From the NCBI GenBank assembly GCA_045650525.1, contig JAZRRH010000013.1, forward strand, positions 43,881 to 107,880: 64,000 nucleotides of DNA. Reading direction: 5' to 3'. Source of the stretch: Candidatus Nanosyncoccus sp. Lineage in GTDB: Bacteria > Patescibacteriota > Saccharimonadia > Saccharimonadales > Saccharimonadaceae. The translations under genes and the position numbers were made by a program. The notes under the pieces are model-generated. The model saw nothing but the letters and a program-made list of their open reading frames with translations, did not search any database and was not told the DNA's origin. Below are positions 54,895-64,000 of this stretch, one piece after another. Each line of letters begins with the position of its first letter. Position 1 is the first letter of the stretch.

Positions 54895-56235
54895 TTATTT
54901 TTTTGTGACCTTTTTGGCTTTAGTTATTTTAAAGCTTGGGCCACTGATGCTACCCTTTAGAGCGGTACACTTTTTAGATGGCACGATTTTGATTTTAGCC
55001 ATTCCAGTCTTTTTCTTATCCACTCTAACTACACGGTACGCCTTGCTTGGTACCACATTTTTGCCGTATTTTACTACGACTTTCGGTACAATTTGTTTGC
55101 CCTTGTAGACGTACACTTTATTGGGGTATTTAAGCGTAACTGTACAGTCTTTGAGGCTTTTCTTGTACCGGGGCCATTTCTTGCCTTCGAACCTGTGATC
55201 TTTTGCGGGCTCTTTTGATTTCGAGTACGTGGAATACTTCATTCCTTTGTAATGCTTTGCGTCACTCACGAGGAAGTGTTTTGACTTGATATCTTTCGCA
55301 AAAAAGTCTTTGCTAGATTGATCGTCCCACGTCACATCGATGTTATACCAGACACCATCGATTTTTACTCGGTTCCAAGCGTGGTTACCGCCTGTAGCAA
55401 TGTCGCATTTTACTGCGAGACTTCCTCGACGAACCAGCTCGTCGATAATTGCCTTGAATGCTTGGGCGTAACCTCCGCAGACCGCCTTGCCATCTACAAG
55501 AGCGCCATACTCGTTGTAAATGTGGCCATATCTGCTTGTGCCTTTTGCCTCGTTTTTGTAGGCGTTGAGACCCTTGTAGTCATATTCAACACTCATAACT
55601 AGCCAGTCATGAACCCACTTTAGCTTTTGCTTCTTGGTGAGCGGCTTTCCATTGGGTTGCCGCGCTGAAATGACCTTTTTTGCTACCTTATTAATAATAT
55701 TTTGGCATTTTTTTTGGTAGCCAATGGCCTCATCTCTGGTACAAGACCCACCGTACGGTGAACACCAAAGACTAGCACGAAGACATACTAAAGCACAAAC
55801 GTATTTGTCGTCTGATACCTTGCGCGTTTCAGTTATGTATACCAATCTGCCGAGGCTGAAGAATCCAATTGGGGATTCGCCGAGCATTAACATAAACTGT
55901 TTTGGGCTTGTCATACGCAACCCCAGGTTTGCGATAAACTCGCGGCGCGCGCTCCATTCATCAGGCCCCTCTGTGTAAATGGGTGCGTCGTCAAAGTCCC
56001 ATCTGTATTCGTCTTCAGGCGTTTTGCCGGACGCTAAAGATCTAATCTTTGGCATTATATCGAGACGAAGGCATTTTTCTATATCACCACCATAGAGGTG
56101 GGTTTTATAGTTTGGGATTTCTGCGGATCCGCCCATCTCATCGGCACGAATTACCGATACGCGGAGCATAACAATGCCCGCAAGAATCAGAGACAAAATA
56201 GTTGCACTCTTGATTATTTTCTTCAAATAAATCAC
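54895..56235 (-). CDS. Secreted transglutaminase-like domain protein with a Lys-rich C-terminal domain
   Basis: Signal peptide; AVCGGYAQAF...NHAWNRVKIDGVWYNIDVTWDD (intact C-H-D triad). Confidence 0.88.
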   Translation of the reverse strand: MIYLKKIIKSATILSLILAGIVMLRVSVIRADEMGGSAEIPNYKTHLYGGDIEKCLRLDIMPKIRSLASGKTPEDEYRWDFDDAPIYTEGPDEWSARREFIANLGLRMTSPKQFMLMLGESPIGFFSLGRLVYITETRKVSDDKYVCALVCLRASLWCSPYGGSCTRDEAIGYQKKCQNIINKVAKKVISARQPNGKPLTKKQKLKWVHDWLVMSVEYDYKGLNAYKNEAKGTSRYGHIYNEYGALVDGKAVCGGYAQAFKAIIDELVRRGSLAVKCDIATGGNHAWNRVKIDGVWYNIDVTWDDQSSKDFFAKDIKSKHFLVSDAKHYKGMKYSTYSKSKEPAKDHRFEGKKWPRYKKSLKDCTVTLKYPNKVYVYKGKQIVPKVVVKYGKNVVPSKAYRVVRVDKKKTGMAKIKIVPSKKCTALKGSISGPSFKITKAKKVTKK

Positions 56236-56393
56236 CTAACCTTTCTTTAAAGGTGCGAAATTAATATACTTCTACTTATATTATATCATATTTTTGCGAT
56301 TTTGGCCAGCATAAGCTAAATCCGAGCTAGATTGAGAACCCCAATTCAAACTCTTTACAATTATTTTTTTATCTGATATAATAGGGTGCAGTT

Positions 56394-56744
56394 ATGAGTA
56401 AAAGTGAATTACATCCTAAAGATTATCGGTTTGTCGTGTTTTCGGATGAGTCGGCTGGTTTTTCATTTTTGACAAAATCGACCGCTAAAAGCGAAGAGAC
56501 AATCAAATGGGAAGACGGGAATGAGTATCCACTAGTCAAGGTGCAGATTTCTTCCGCTTCACACCCATTCTTCACCGGTGAAGAGAAGATTATCGATACC
56601 GAGGGTCGCGTGGATCGCTTCAAAGCTCGTGCCGCTAAAGCTGCCAAGTTAAAGACTGCGCTTGAGAACAAAGCCAAGAAAGCAGCAAAAGAGGCCGAGA
56701 AAAAAGCCAAAGCGAACGACAAAATCGAAGAAACCGTAGAATAA
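56394..56744 (+). CDS. rpmE: 50S ribosomal protein L31 type B with a Lys/Ala-rich extension
   Basis: [29 protein letters not shown] and DTEGRVDRF; no Zn Cys. Confidence 0.95.
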   Translation: MSKSELHPKDYRFVVFSDESAGFSFLTKSTAKSEETIKWEDGNEYPLVKVQISSASHPFFTGEEKIIDTEGRVDRFKARAAKAAKLKTALENKAKKAAKEAEKKAKANDKIEETVE

Positions 56745-56812
56745 TCTCATAAACGACCCGCGAAGGGTCGTTTTTTGTGTGTTATAATTAGAAATATAAT
56801 AAAGGAGTATGT

Positions 56813-57358
56813 ATGTTTGACATCAAAGAAGATCGCAAAAAAATGGAAGACGTGATCGATAGGTTTAGGGAAGGAATGAAAAAAGTACGCACCGGCAGAG
56901 CGCATCCTGATATGATTTCTGGCGTAAAAGTTGAAGTTTACGGGCAGTTTATGCCGCTCAACCAAGTTGCAAATATCACTGCAGCAGATGCTACTTTGCT
57001 CGTAGTTACTCCTTTTGATCCCACCAACATTCAGGCAATTTCAGCAGCTATTAGGGGCGACCAATCTCTTGGTCTTAACCCTTCCGATGATGGACGCGTA
57101 GTCCGCGTACCAATTCCGGCTTTGACCGAGGAAAGGCGCAAAGAAATCGTCAAAAGTGCTTCTAGTAAAGTCGAAGAAGCAAAAATCGCCATCAGGAACG
57201 CTCGCGAAGACGCTAGAAAAGCCGTCAAAATCGCAACCGAGATGAGCGAAGATATAAAAAAGCGTGCCGAAAAAGAGATCGATGAGCTCACCAAGGAATT
57301 CACCGATAAGGTCGAAAAGGAATTCAAAGCTAAAACCGAAGAAATAATGAAGTTATGA
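56813..57358 (+). CDS. frr: Ribosome recycling factor
   Basis: VRTGRA, LNP.DDG..VRVPIP.LTEERR and IRNAR. Confidence 0.97.
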   Translation: MFDIKEDRKKMEDVIDRFREGMKKVRTGRAHPDMISGVKVEVYGQFMPLNQVANITAADATLLVVTPFDPTNIQAISAAIRGDQSLGLNPSDDGRVVRVPIPALTEERRKEIVKSASSKVEEAKIAIRNAREDARKAVKIATEMSEDIKKRAEKEIDELTKEFTDKVEKEFKAKTEEIMKL

Positions 57359-58026
57359 GCCTGACACATCTTGGAATTATTGCCGACGGAAATCGTCGTT
57401 GGGCAAGGGAGCGTGGGCTCCCCACAATCGAAGGGCATCGAAAAGGCCTCGATGCTATTGGTGCATTAGTCGATGGTGCAATAGAGAATGATATTAAATT
57501 TATCTCTTTTTACGTTTTTAGTACTGAGAACTGGGGAAGAAGCAAAGCTGAAGTATCTTATATCATGAAGCTAGCCGAGACTATGATTGGTAAATACGCC
57601 GAAAAACTGAAGGCCAAAAATGGACGACTTTTGGTTTTGGGTTCTAAGGACAAAATCTCACCTAAGCTCGCTAGTATTTTTGAAAAAGCTGAGGAGACCA
57701 CAAAGGATTGCGACGGAATTACGGTGTGTTTTTGTTTTAATTACGGTGGCGAGCTCGAAATTTCCGATGCCGCCAATAAGGCTCTCGAAGCGGACGGGGA
57801 GATTACCCCAGAAACCATACGAAAACACCTTTATCATCCCGAGGTGCCGAATATCGATATGGTGGTCAGGACTTCTGGCGAAGAGAGAATATCTGGGTTC
57901 ATGCTATGGCGCTCATCATATGCTGAATTTTTGTTCATAAAGAAATATTTCCCAGAAATGAAGGAAGAAGACGTAGCCGAAATAGTAAAAGAATACGAAA
58001 AGCGCAACCGTAGATTCGGTAAATAG
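57355..58026 (+). CDS. uppS: Undecaprenyl diphosphate synthase
   Basis: HLGIIADGNRRWA, FSTENW, NYGG and RTSGEERISGF. Confidence 0.96.
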   Translation: MSLTHLGIIADGNRRWARERGLPTIEGHRKGLDAIGALVDGAIENDIKFISFYVFSTENWGRSKAEVSYIMKLAETMIGKYAEKLKAKNGRLLVLGSKDKISPKLASIFEKAEETTKDCDGITVCFCFNYGGELEISDAANKALEADGEITPETIRKHLYHPEVPNIDMVVRTSGEERISGFMLWRSSYAEFLFIKKYFPEMKEEDVAEIVKEYEKRNRRFGK

Positions 58027-58041
58027 TGGTATAATGGGATT

Positions 58042-59358
58042 ATGGATATTTTTTTAGGTGTTATTGTTGGTCTTGTTGTCTTGATGATTCTGGTGACAGC
58101 GCATGAATTTGGGCATTTTTTGGCTGCCCGCCGGAATGGTGTAAATGTACTGGAATTTGGAATTGGCTTTCCGCCAAGAGCGATTGCTTGGAGAAAAGAC
58201 CCTAAATCCGGCAAATGGAAAAGATTAAAAAGGAGTGAATGGAAAAAAGAAAGTGTATCAAAGGTTGTATACTCGGATGAGAAATCTGCGCATCTAGCCC
58301 AGAAAGGGATGGTTTTTAGTTTGAACTGGCTCCCGATCGGTGGATTCTGCCAAATGGATGGAGAATCAGCGGCTGATACCAGGGAAGGAACTTTTGGTAA
58401 AGCCAAGTTTTGGGCAAAGACAAAGATCCTCTTCGCTGGTGTAGCAATGAACTGGCTTGTTGCCATAATCATCTTTACAGTTCTAGCCTGGACGGGGATG
58501 CCGGAATTTTTGGATGGTCAATTTACAGTCGCGGCAGATACCAGGCGAGACGCCTCGCCCGTACAAATAACATCTGTGGCCGAAAACTCCCCGGCCGAAC
58601 GTGCAGGTTTTAAGGCCGACGATTACATCATCGCAGTAGACGGAAACGAATACACTTACAGTAGTGACATTACTAATTACAACAAAGAACACGCCGGTGG
58701 CGAGGTTAGATACACGGTCGAAAGGATGGCAGAGGGGTGTGTAGTCCAGCCAGACTGTTACCAAGAGCCTTGCCCGTGCCTCGAAACTGGAGAAACCAAA
58801 CAAAGAATAGAACTAACCGCAACACTAAACCCCGCTGATTCAGATTATCTTCTAGGTGTAACTATGGCCTCTTCGCAAGCTTTATCATACTCGACTTGGT
58901 CTGCACCGATCGTGGGCGTAGGACTCACCGCGCAACTCACGGGCGAAACTTTCAAGGGGTTAGGAATTATGATTGGAAATCTAGTGTCTGGTACCGCGCG
59001 ATTATTTAGCCCGAATTCCGAGGTCAGAGAAGAGGGACAAGAAGCGCTTGGTGAAGTCAGAGATTCTGTATCGGGACCAGTTGGTATCATTGGTGTGTTA
59101 TTCCCAGCCTTCACCTCAGCGGGCCCAGCTAATCTGGCATTCCTTGCAGCTTTAATCTCCGTTTCGCTAGCCTGCATGAACGTATTGCCTGTCCCGGCGC
59201 TCGACGGAGGAAGATGGCTTCTTATCGCGTTTTACAAACTACGCAAGAAAAAACTCACCAAAGAAACCGAGGAAAAAATTGTTTCTAGAGCAATGATGGT
59301 ATTGCTTGCGCTTATTGTTATAGTAACTGTTCTTGATATTATTAGGATTGCAAGTTAA
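58042..59358 (+). CDS. rseP: RIP metalloprotease RseP (M50, PDZ)
   Basis: AHEFGH, LPIGGF, AGVAMN, PDZ (SPAERAG) and NVLPVPALDGG. Confidence 0.93.
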   Translation: MDIFLGVIVGLVVLMILVTAHEFGHFLAARRNGVNVLEFGIGFPPRAIAWRKDPKSGKWKRLKRSEWKKESVSKVVYSDEKSAHLAQKGMVFSLNWLPIGGFCQMDGESAADTREGTFGKAKFWAKTKILFAGVAMNWLVAIIIFTVLAWTGMPEFLDGQFTVAADTRRDASPVQITSVAENSPAERAGFKADDYIIAVDGNEYTYSSDITNYNKEHAGGEVRYTVERMAEGCVVQPDCYQEPCPCLETGETKQRIELTATLNPADSDYLLGVTMASSQALSYSTWSAPIVGVGLTAQLTGETFKGLGIMIGNLVSGTARLFSPNSEVREEGQEALGEVRDSVSGPVGIIGVLFPAFTSAGPANLAFLAALISVSLACMNVLPVPALDGGRWLLIAFYKLRKKKLTKETEEKIVSRAMMVLLALIVIVTVLDIIRIAS

Positions 59359-60191
59359 TGGTTGAAAAGAAAAAAATCCCCGAAAAACTCAAAAAACCTC
59401 GTGCCAAAAGCAGCGACAAATCACCTTGGTGGAAATTTGCCCTTAAAATTTTCGCAATGCTTATGTGGGTTGCGGCTTCTACGATCGTCTCACAATTAAT
59501 TATTGGGCGGTTAATGGTCCTCATCATGGGCGTAGAGAATTTCTCGCAACCTGTGCCCATGGCTATTTATTCTGCTTTGTCATATGTGTTGACAATGTTT
59601 ATGGTAATTTTAGTACCGCCGATTGTCATTTCTATACGAAAATCAAAGACCGACAAAAAAAGGGTCACCATAGACAAAAAAGCCGCCAGGGAAGAAATGG
59701 GCCTCAAAGATTTCCCGACCTGGACCGATATTGGGCTTGCGCCGGTTGGTTTTATCGTGTATTTGTTGGTCGCTGGCGGACTTACTGCTTTGTTCGGTCT
59801 TTTCCCGTGGTTCAATGCTAGCGAGGCACAGGATGTCGGGTTTAATTATTATATAACCGGCATGGATCGAATGATAGCCTTCGTGGTACTCGTAGTGATA
59901 GCCCCAATCGCAGAAGAAATAATCTTCCGTGGATGGCTATATGGCAAGCTCCGAAATACTGTTCTTAATAGATATTCTAATATTGTTTCTATCTTAATAT
60001 CTACATTTTTGGTCTCCCTTGTATTTGGAGTCGTGCATCTACAATGGAACGTAGGAGTAAATGTTTTTGCGATGTCTATTGTTTTGTGTGTCCTCCGCGA
60101 GATAACTGGTACAATTTATTCCGGAATACTCCTCCATATGTTGAAGAATGGCCTCGCATTTTATCTCCTTTATGTCCTCGGTATGCACTGA
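59358..60191 (+). CDS. CPBP (CAAX prenyl protease-like) intramembrane metalloprotease
   Basis: APIAEEIIFRG, FGVVH and HMLKN; multiple TMs. Confidence 0.9.
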   Translation: MVEKKKIPEKLKKPRAKSSDKSPWWKFALKIFAMLMWVAASTIVSQLIIGRLMVLIMGVENFSQPVPMAIYSALSYVLTMFMVILVPPIVISIRKSKTDKKRVTIDKKAAREEMGLKDFPTWTDIGLAPVGFIVYLLVAGGLTALFGLFPWFNASEAQDVGFNYYITGMDRMIAFVVLVVIAPIAEEIIFRGWLYGKLRNTVLNRYSNIVSILISTFLVSLVFGVVHLQWNVGVNVFAMSIVLCVLREITGTIYSGILLHMLKNGLAFYLLYVLGMH

Positions 60192-60208
60192 TGTGATATA
60201 ATTACTCT

Positions 60209-61438
60209 ATGAGATTATCTAAGACTTTTATTAAAACTTTGCGGGAGGCTCCCAAAGACGAAATAGCCAAAAATGGCGCTTTTCTTACGCGCGCTGGCTA
60301 TGTCCACAAAGAAATGGCTGGCGTATATGACTATTTGCCGCTTGGATTACTCGTTATTGAGAATATCAAAAAAGTAGTCAGGGAAGAGTTAAACAAGTTA
60401 GGCTGCGAAGAAATACTGATGTCATCCTTACAAAATCCTGCCCCATGGGAAAAATCAGGAAGGTTTTCGGACCAGGAAGTTGATATTTGGTTTAAGACCG
60501 AACTTTCTAGTGGCGGAGTTTTGGGGCTTGCGCCTACACATGAAGAGCCTGTGACCGAGATGATGAAAAGTTACATCTCAAGCTACAAAGATTTACCATT
60601 ATATATTTATCAGTTCCAAACGAAGTTTAGGAATGAGTTTCGAGCCAAATCTGGGATCCTGCGCGGACGGGAATTCTTGATGAAAGATCTCTATAGTTTT
60701 CACGCCTCAGAAGAAGACTTGGATTCTTTTTATGCTAAGGTAGAGAAAGCCTACGCTAAAATTTTTGAACGCCTAGGGCTAGGTGACTGCACCTACGAAA
60801 CGTTTGCAAGCGGCGGAATCTTCTCGAAGTTCTCGCACGAGTTCCAGACCATTCTGCCAGTAGGCGAAGATGAGATATACTACAATACCGACAAAACAGT
60901 GGTGCTTAACAAGGAAGTTTACAATGATGAGGTGCTAGAAGAGTTGGGCGCCAAGGGCCAGAAATTCGAAACAGCCAATGCGGCCGAAGTGGGGAATATT
61001 TTCAAGTTGAAATTCAAATACTCCGAGCCACTTGGGCTTAAATTTGTCGACGATAATAATAAACCGCAGACCGTTTACATGGGTTGCTACGGGATCGGAA
61101 TTTCTCGGCTTATGGGCGTAATCGCGGAGAAATTCGCCGACGACAAAGGTTTGGTTTGGCCTGAAATCGTCGCGCCATTCAAATATTACCTTGTAGGGAT
61201 TGGCGACAAAGGCACCGAAGAAGCGGAAAAGTTCTATGCCGGCCGAGAGAATAGAATATTGTTTGACGACCGCGCCAAAAGACCTGGCGAGAAATTCGCG
61301 GATAGTGAATTAATAGGAATACCATTTCGAGTTGTAATATCCGATAAGACATTGGATGAAGACTCCGCCGAAATTACCGATAGAAAAACCGGCGAATCCT
61401 GGCGCGTAAAGCTCGATGAATTGTTCGAGAAATTTTAA
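60209..61438 (+). CDS. proS: Prolyl-tRNA synthetase (short, no editing domain)
   Basis: LAPTHEE, QFQTKFRNE, REFLMKDLYS, EVGNIF and MGCYGIG. Confidence 0.96.
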   Translation: MRLSKTFIKTLREAPKDEIAKNGAFLTRAGYVHKEMAGVYDYLPLGLLVIENIKKVVREELNKLGCEEILMSSLQNPAPWEKSGRFSDQEVDIWFKTELSSGGVLGLAPTHEEPVTEMMKSYISSYKDLPLYIYQFQTKFRNEFRAKSGILRGREFLMKDLYSFHASEEDLDSFYAKVEKAYAKIFERLGLGDCTYETFASGGIFSKFSHEFQTILPVGEDEIYYNTDKTVVLNKEVYNDEVLEELGAKGQKFETANAAEVGNIFKLKFKYSEPLGLKFVDDNNKPQTVYMGCYGIGISRLMGVIAEKFADDKGLVWPEIVAPFKYYLVGIGDKGTEEAEKFYAGRENRILFDDRAKRPGEKFADSELIGIPFRVVISDKTLDEDSAEITDRKTGESWRVKLDELFEKF

Positions 61439-61515
61439 TTCTTAAGTTTAGTTAAAAGGGTTGACACATTTTTCTTTTTCATATAAACTAGACTTTGTTT
61501 ATAAATGGAGTAAAA

Positions 61516-61962
61516 ATGATTAAGAAAACTATTAGTCTAACAGCTGAAGGCAAGAAGGAGCTTGAGCGCGAACTTAAAGAGTTAATCGACGAGCGCCCGG
61601 CAATTTCTGAGAGGATTGCAACAGCGCGGGCTTTTGGTGACTTGTCTGAAAACGAAGAATATAGCTCGGCTCGTAACGAACAAAAAATGGCCGAAAGTAG
61701 AATCTTGGAGATCCAGGAAATTTTGAAGAATGCTAAGATTATCCGTGGCGGCAAGAGAACAAAAGTCGAGCTTGGCGCTATCGTTTCTCTTGACTTTGGT
61801 GGACGCAAACTTGAGTACACACTTGTAGGTCCGACTGAAGCCAACCCACTCGAAGGCAAAATCTCTAACGAATCTCCGATCGGCAAGGCTCTTCTTGGAC
61901 ACAAGGCAGGCGAATCGTTTGATTTTAACGGCAAAAAGGTTAAGATTGTCGAAATCCAGTAA
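61516..61962 (+). CDS. greA: Transcription elongation factor GreA
   Basis: AFGDLSENEEY, ISNESPIGKALLG; start at ATG 61516. Confidence 0.96.
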   Translation: MIKKTISLTAEGKKELERELKELIDERPAISERIATARAFGDLSENEEYSSARNEQKMAESRILEIQEILKNAKIIRGGKRTKVELGAIVSLDFGGRKLEYTLVGPTEANPLEGKISNESPIGKALLGHKAGESFDFNGKKVKIVEIQ

Positions 61963-61980
61963 CATGATATAATAATAGAT

Positions 61981-63435
61981 ATGTTACTTGAAGATTACAG
62001 AAACGAAAGATTAAAGAAATTATCTAAAATAAATGAACGGGGAATTGATCCGTACCCATCAAAATCTCATCGAAATACCAAGATTTTTGATATTGTTTCG
62101 CATTTTGATGAGAAAAAAGGCCAAGAAGTATGCATCGCAGGACGTATCGTAGCGATCCGTTCTTTTGGCAAGCTGGCGTTCGTGAAGCTACGTGATTATT
62201 CTGGTGAAGTACAGATTTTTATGCGAACCGTCCTAGAAGATACTCCAGAATCAATGTTTGGCGTAAAGGACATCAAATTGCTTGATATTGGTGATTTTAT
62301 CGAAGCCACTGGCACGGTAGATAAGACGCAAACAGGAGAAATTTCTGTCTTTTCGAATTTTGTAAGACTTCTTACTAAAACACTTCGTCCTCTCCCCGAG
62401 AAATTCACCAACAAAGAAGAGCGTTATCGCCGCCGCTATGTTGATATGAATGTCAACCCAGAGGTGCGCGAAAGATTAGTACGCAGGTCTAAATTCTGGC
62501 AAGCAACGCGTGATTTCATGAATTCGCATGGGTTTATCGAGATCAATATTCCTGTGCTTGAACACACTACCGGTGGGGCGGATGCTGAGCCTTTTGTAAC
62601 ACACATGAATGCATTGGACGAAGATTTTTATCTTAGAATTTCGCACGAGCTGCCTTTGAAGCGTCTTCTTGGCGGTGGTTTTGAAAAGGTTTATGATATT
62701 GGGCCGAGATTCCGTAACGAAGGCGTAGATGATGAGCATCTGCCAGAACATATCGCGTTTGAAGCGTATGCTGCGTACGAAAACTACGAAGATGGCATGA
62801 AATTTTACGAAGAAATGATCAAACATGTTTGCCGTGAGACTTGGGGTACTTTGCAGTTTAATGTAGGTGGATTCGAAATCGATCTCGACTGCGAATGGCC
62901 ACGCTATAAATATGCAGATCTTTTGAAAGAAAAATACGACGTAGATGTATTTAACCCGGACAGGGAACAGATTATTCGCGTTTTGAAAGAAAACGGCGTA
63001 GAAACGAATTTTGATGCTACGACACCGCATCTAATCGATCACGTATGGAAACTCATCCGCAAGACTTCGGCTGGGCCTTATTGGGTGATCGAGGAACCCT
63101 TGTCTTTGTCGCCTCTTGCCAAAAAATCATCTGAGAACCCACTTGTCACCGAAAGATTCCATCCGGTAATCGCTGGTACCGAGATGGGGAATGGCTTCTC
63201 GGAGTTAAATGATCCTATTGATCAGCTAGGACGTTTTGAAGAACAACAAGCCGCACGTGATGCAGGTGACGCCGAGGCACAAATGCTTGACAGAGATTTC
63301 GTCGAGATGCTCGAGTATGGTATGCCGCCAGCTTGCGGATGGGGAAACAGCGAAAGAAACTTTTGGTTGCTGGAAGGTGTCCCGGGGAGAGAGGCTGTAC
63401 CGTTCCCAACGTTGAAATCAGTAAAACAAGATTAG
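61981..63435 (+). CDS. lysS: Lysyl-tRNA synthetase (class II)
   Basis: GGADAEPF, YLRISHEL, FRNEG, NGFSELNDP and YGMPPA. Confidence 0.97.
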   Translation: MLLEDYRNERLKKLSKINERGIDPYPSKSHRNTKIFDIVSHFDEKKGQEVCIAGRIVAIRSFGKLAFVKLRDYSGEVQIFMRTVLEDTPESMFGVKDIKLLDIGDFIEATGTVDKTQTGEISVFSNFVRLLTKTLRPLPEKFTNKEERYRRRYVDMNVNPEVRERLVRRSKFWQATRDFMNSHGFIEINIPVLEHTTGGADAEPFVTHMNALDEDFYLRISHELPLKRLLGGGFEKVYDIGPRFRNEGVDDEHLPEHIAFEAYAAYENYEDGMKFYEEMIKHVCRETWGTLQFNVGGFEIDLDCEWPRYKYADLLKEKYDVDVFNPDREQIIRVLKENGVETNFDATTPHLIDHVWKLIRKTSAGPYWVIEEPLSLSPLAKKSSENPLVTERFHPVIAGTEMGNGFSELNDPIDQLGRFEEQQAARDAGDAEAQMLDRDFVEMLEYGMPPACGWGNSERNFWLLEGVPGREAVPFPTLKSVKQD

Positions 63436-63492
63436 GCACCCGCGCAAAATCCTTAGAGAACAATTTCCGTGTTGTAATTTTTACAACAGTAG

Positions 63493-63732
63493 TTAGAATT
63501 CGATAGTTTTAACGCGAGATTTGTGACCGCGCGTGATAGTGATAGAAGTTTTGGGGACGTCGAAATGCTTGGAAAGAAGTTTGATGAGGGCAGTATTGGC
63601 CTCGCCGTCGTGAGGTTTGGCGCGAAGATAAACAGTAAGCTCGCCTGGTTCGCTGGCCGCGCTTGGTGTGTTTTCGACAATTTTTTCCTGCGAGGAACCT
63701 GGTTTGACAGTGACTACGTATTTCATGTCCAT
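63493..63732 (-). CDS. DUF167 (YggU-like) protein
   Basis: VKPGS...[28 protein letters not shown]. Confidence 0.88.
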   Translation of the reverse strand: MDMKYVVTVKPGSSQEKIVENTPSAASEPGELTVYLRAKPHDGEANTALIKLLSKHFDVPKTSITITRGHKSRVKTIEF

Positions 63733-63767
63733 ATTATATAATAATCTGGCGTGATATAATAATAGAT

Positions 63768-64000
63768 ATGGCTAAATTTAAATTGGTGTCAAAATTCCAG
63801 CCAACCGGTGATCAACCTGCGGCAATCGACACTCTCGTGGAGGGGATTAATCGTGGTGTCCACGAGCAGACACTGCTTGGCGTGACGGGATCCGGTAAGA
63901 CTTTTACGATGGCGAATATCATCGAGAAAACTCAAAAACCGACTTTGATCCTCGCGCACAATAAAACACTTGCCGCACAGCTTTTTGCGGAATTTCGTGA
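63768..64000 (+). CDS. uvrB: Excinuclease ABC subunit B, partial (5' end)
   Basis: Manual translation: [17 protein letters not shown]...[19 protein letters not shown]...[11 protein letters not shown]. Confidence 0.95.
   Translation, partial: MAKFKLVSKFQPTGDQPAAIDTLVEGINRGVHEQTLLGVTGSGKTFTMANIIEKTQKPTLILAHNKTLAAQLFAEFR

Overview
Bacterial chromosomal window, genetic code 11 (TGA is used as a stop). The gene content points to Candidatus Saccharibacteria (CPR/Patescibacteria); this assignment is an inference. Supporting features are a short AlaRS, ProRS and UvrC, an FtsA-like gene near a baseplate-J-like membrane protein, and reduced central carbon metabolism. Most of the window is housekeeping: dTTP salvage, typA, iscS-mnmA, alaS, obgE, trmD-recG, tig, rpsL-rpsG, gap-rpiB-rpe, eno, uvrC, rpsB-tsf, frr-uppS-rseP, proS, greA, lysS and uvrB. 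There are two tRNA-Leu genes and an accessory block (about 27.7-36.6 kb) after tRNA-Leu(TAG). The main unexplained signal is a set of long palindromic (hairpin) elements of about 85-185 bp inserted in frame inside conserved genes: typA, an rluB-like gene, obgE (twice) and trmD, with a related intergenic copy. Two copies (obgE and trmD) are about 87% identical, with compensatory changes in their terminal stems. Two others share a 16-nt core. Four carry a common CGGAGYGCNG (R-S-A-A/V) motif in the same frame. This resembles Rickettsia palindromic elements and is a candidate mobile, protein-coding hairpin family. Other observations: a promoter- and terminator-bounded orphan sRNA of about 145 nt, a pseudoknotted intergenic element, a RuvX-MltG fusion, frequent leaderless-type promoters, PxTG-type sorting tails and an att-like tRNA 3' duplication. 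No CRISPR array, transposase, integrase or rRNA was seen.
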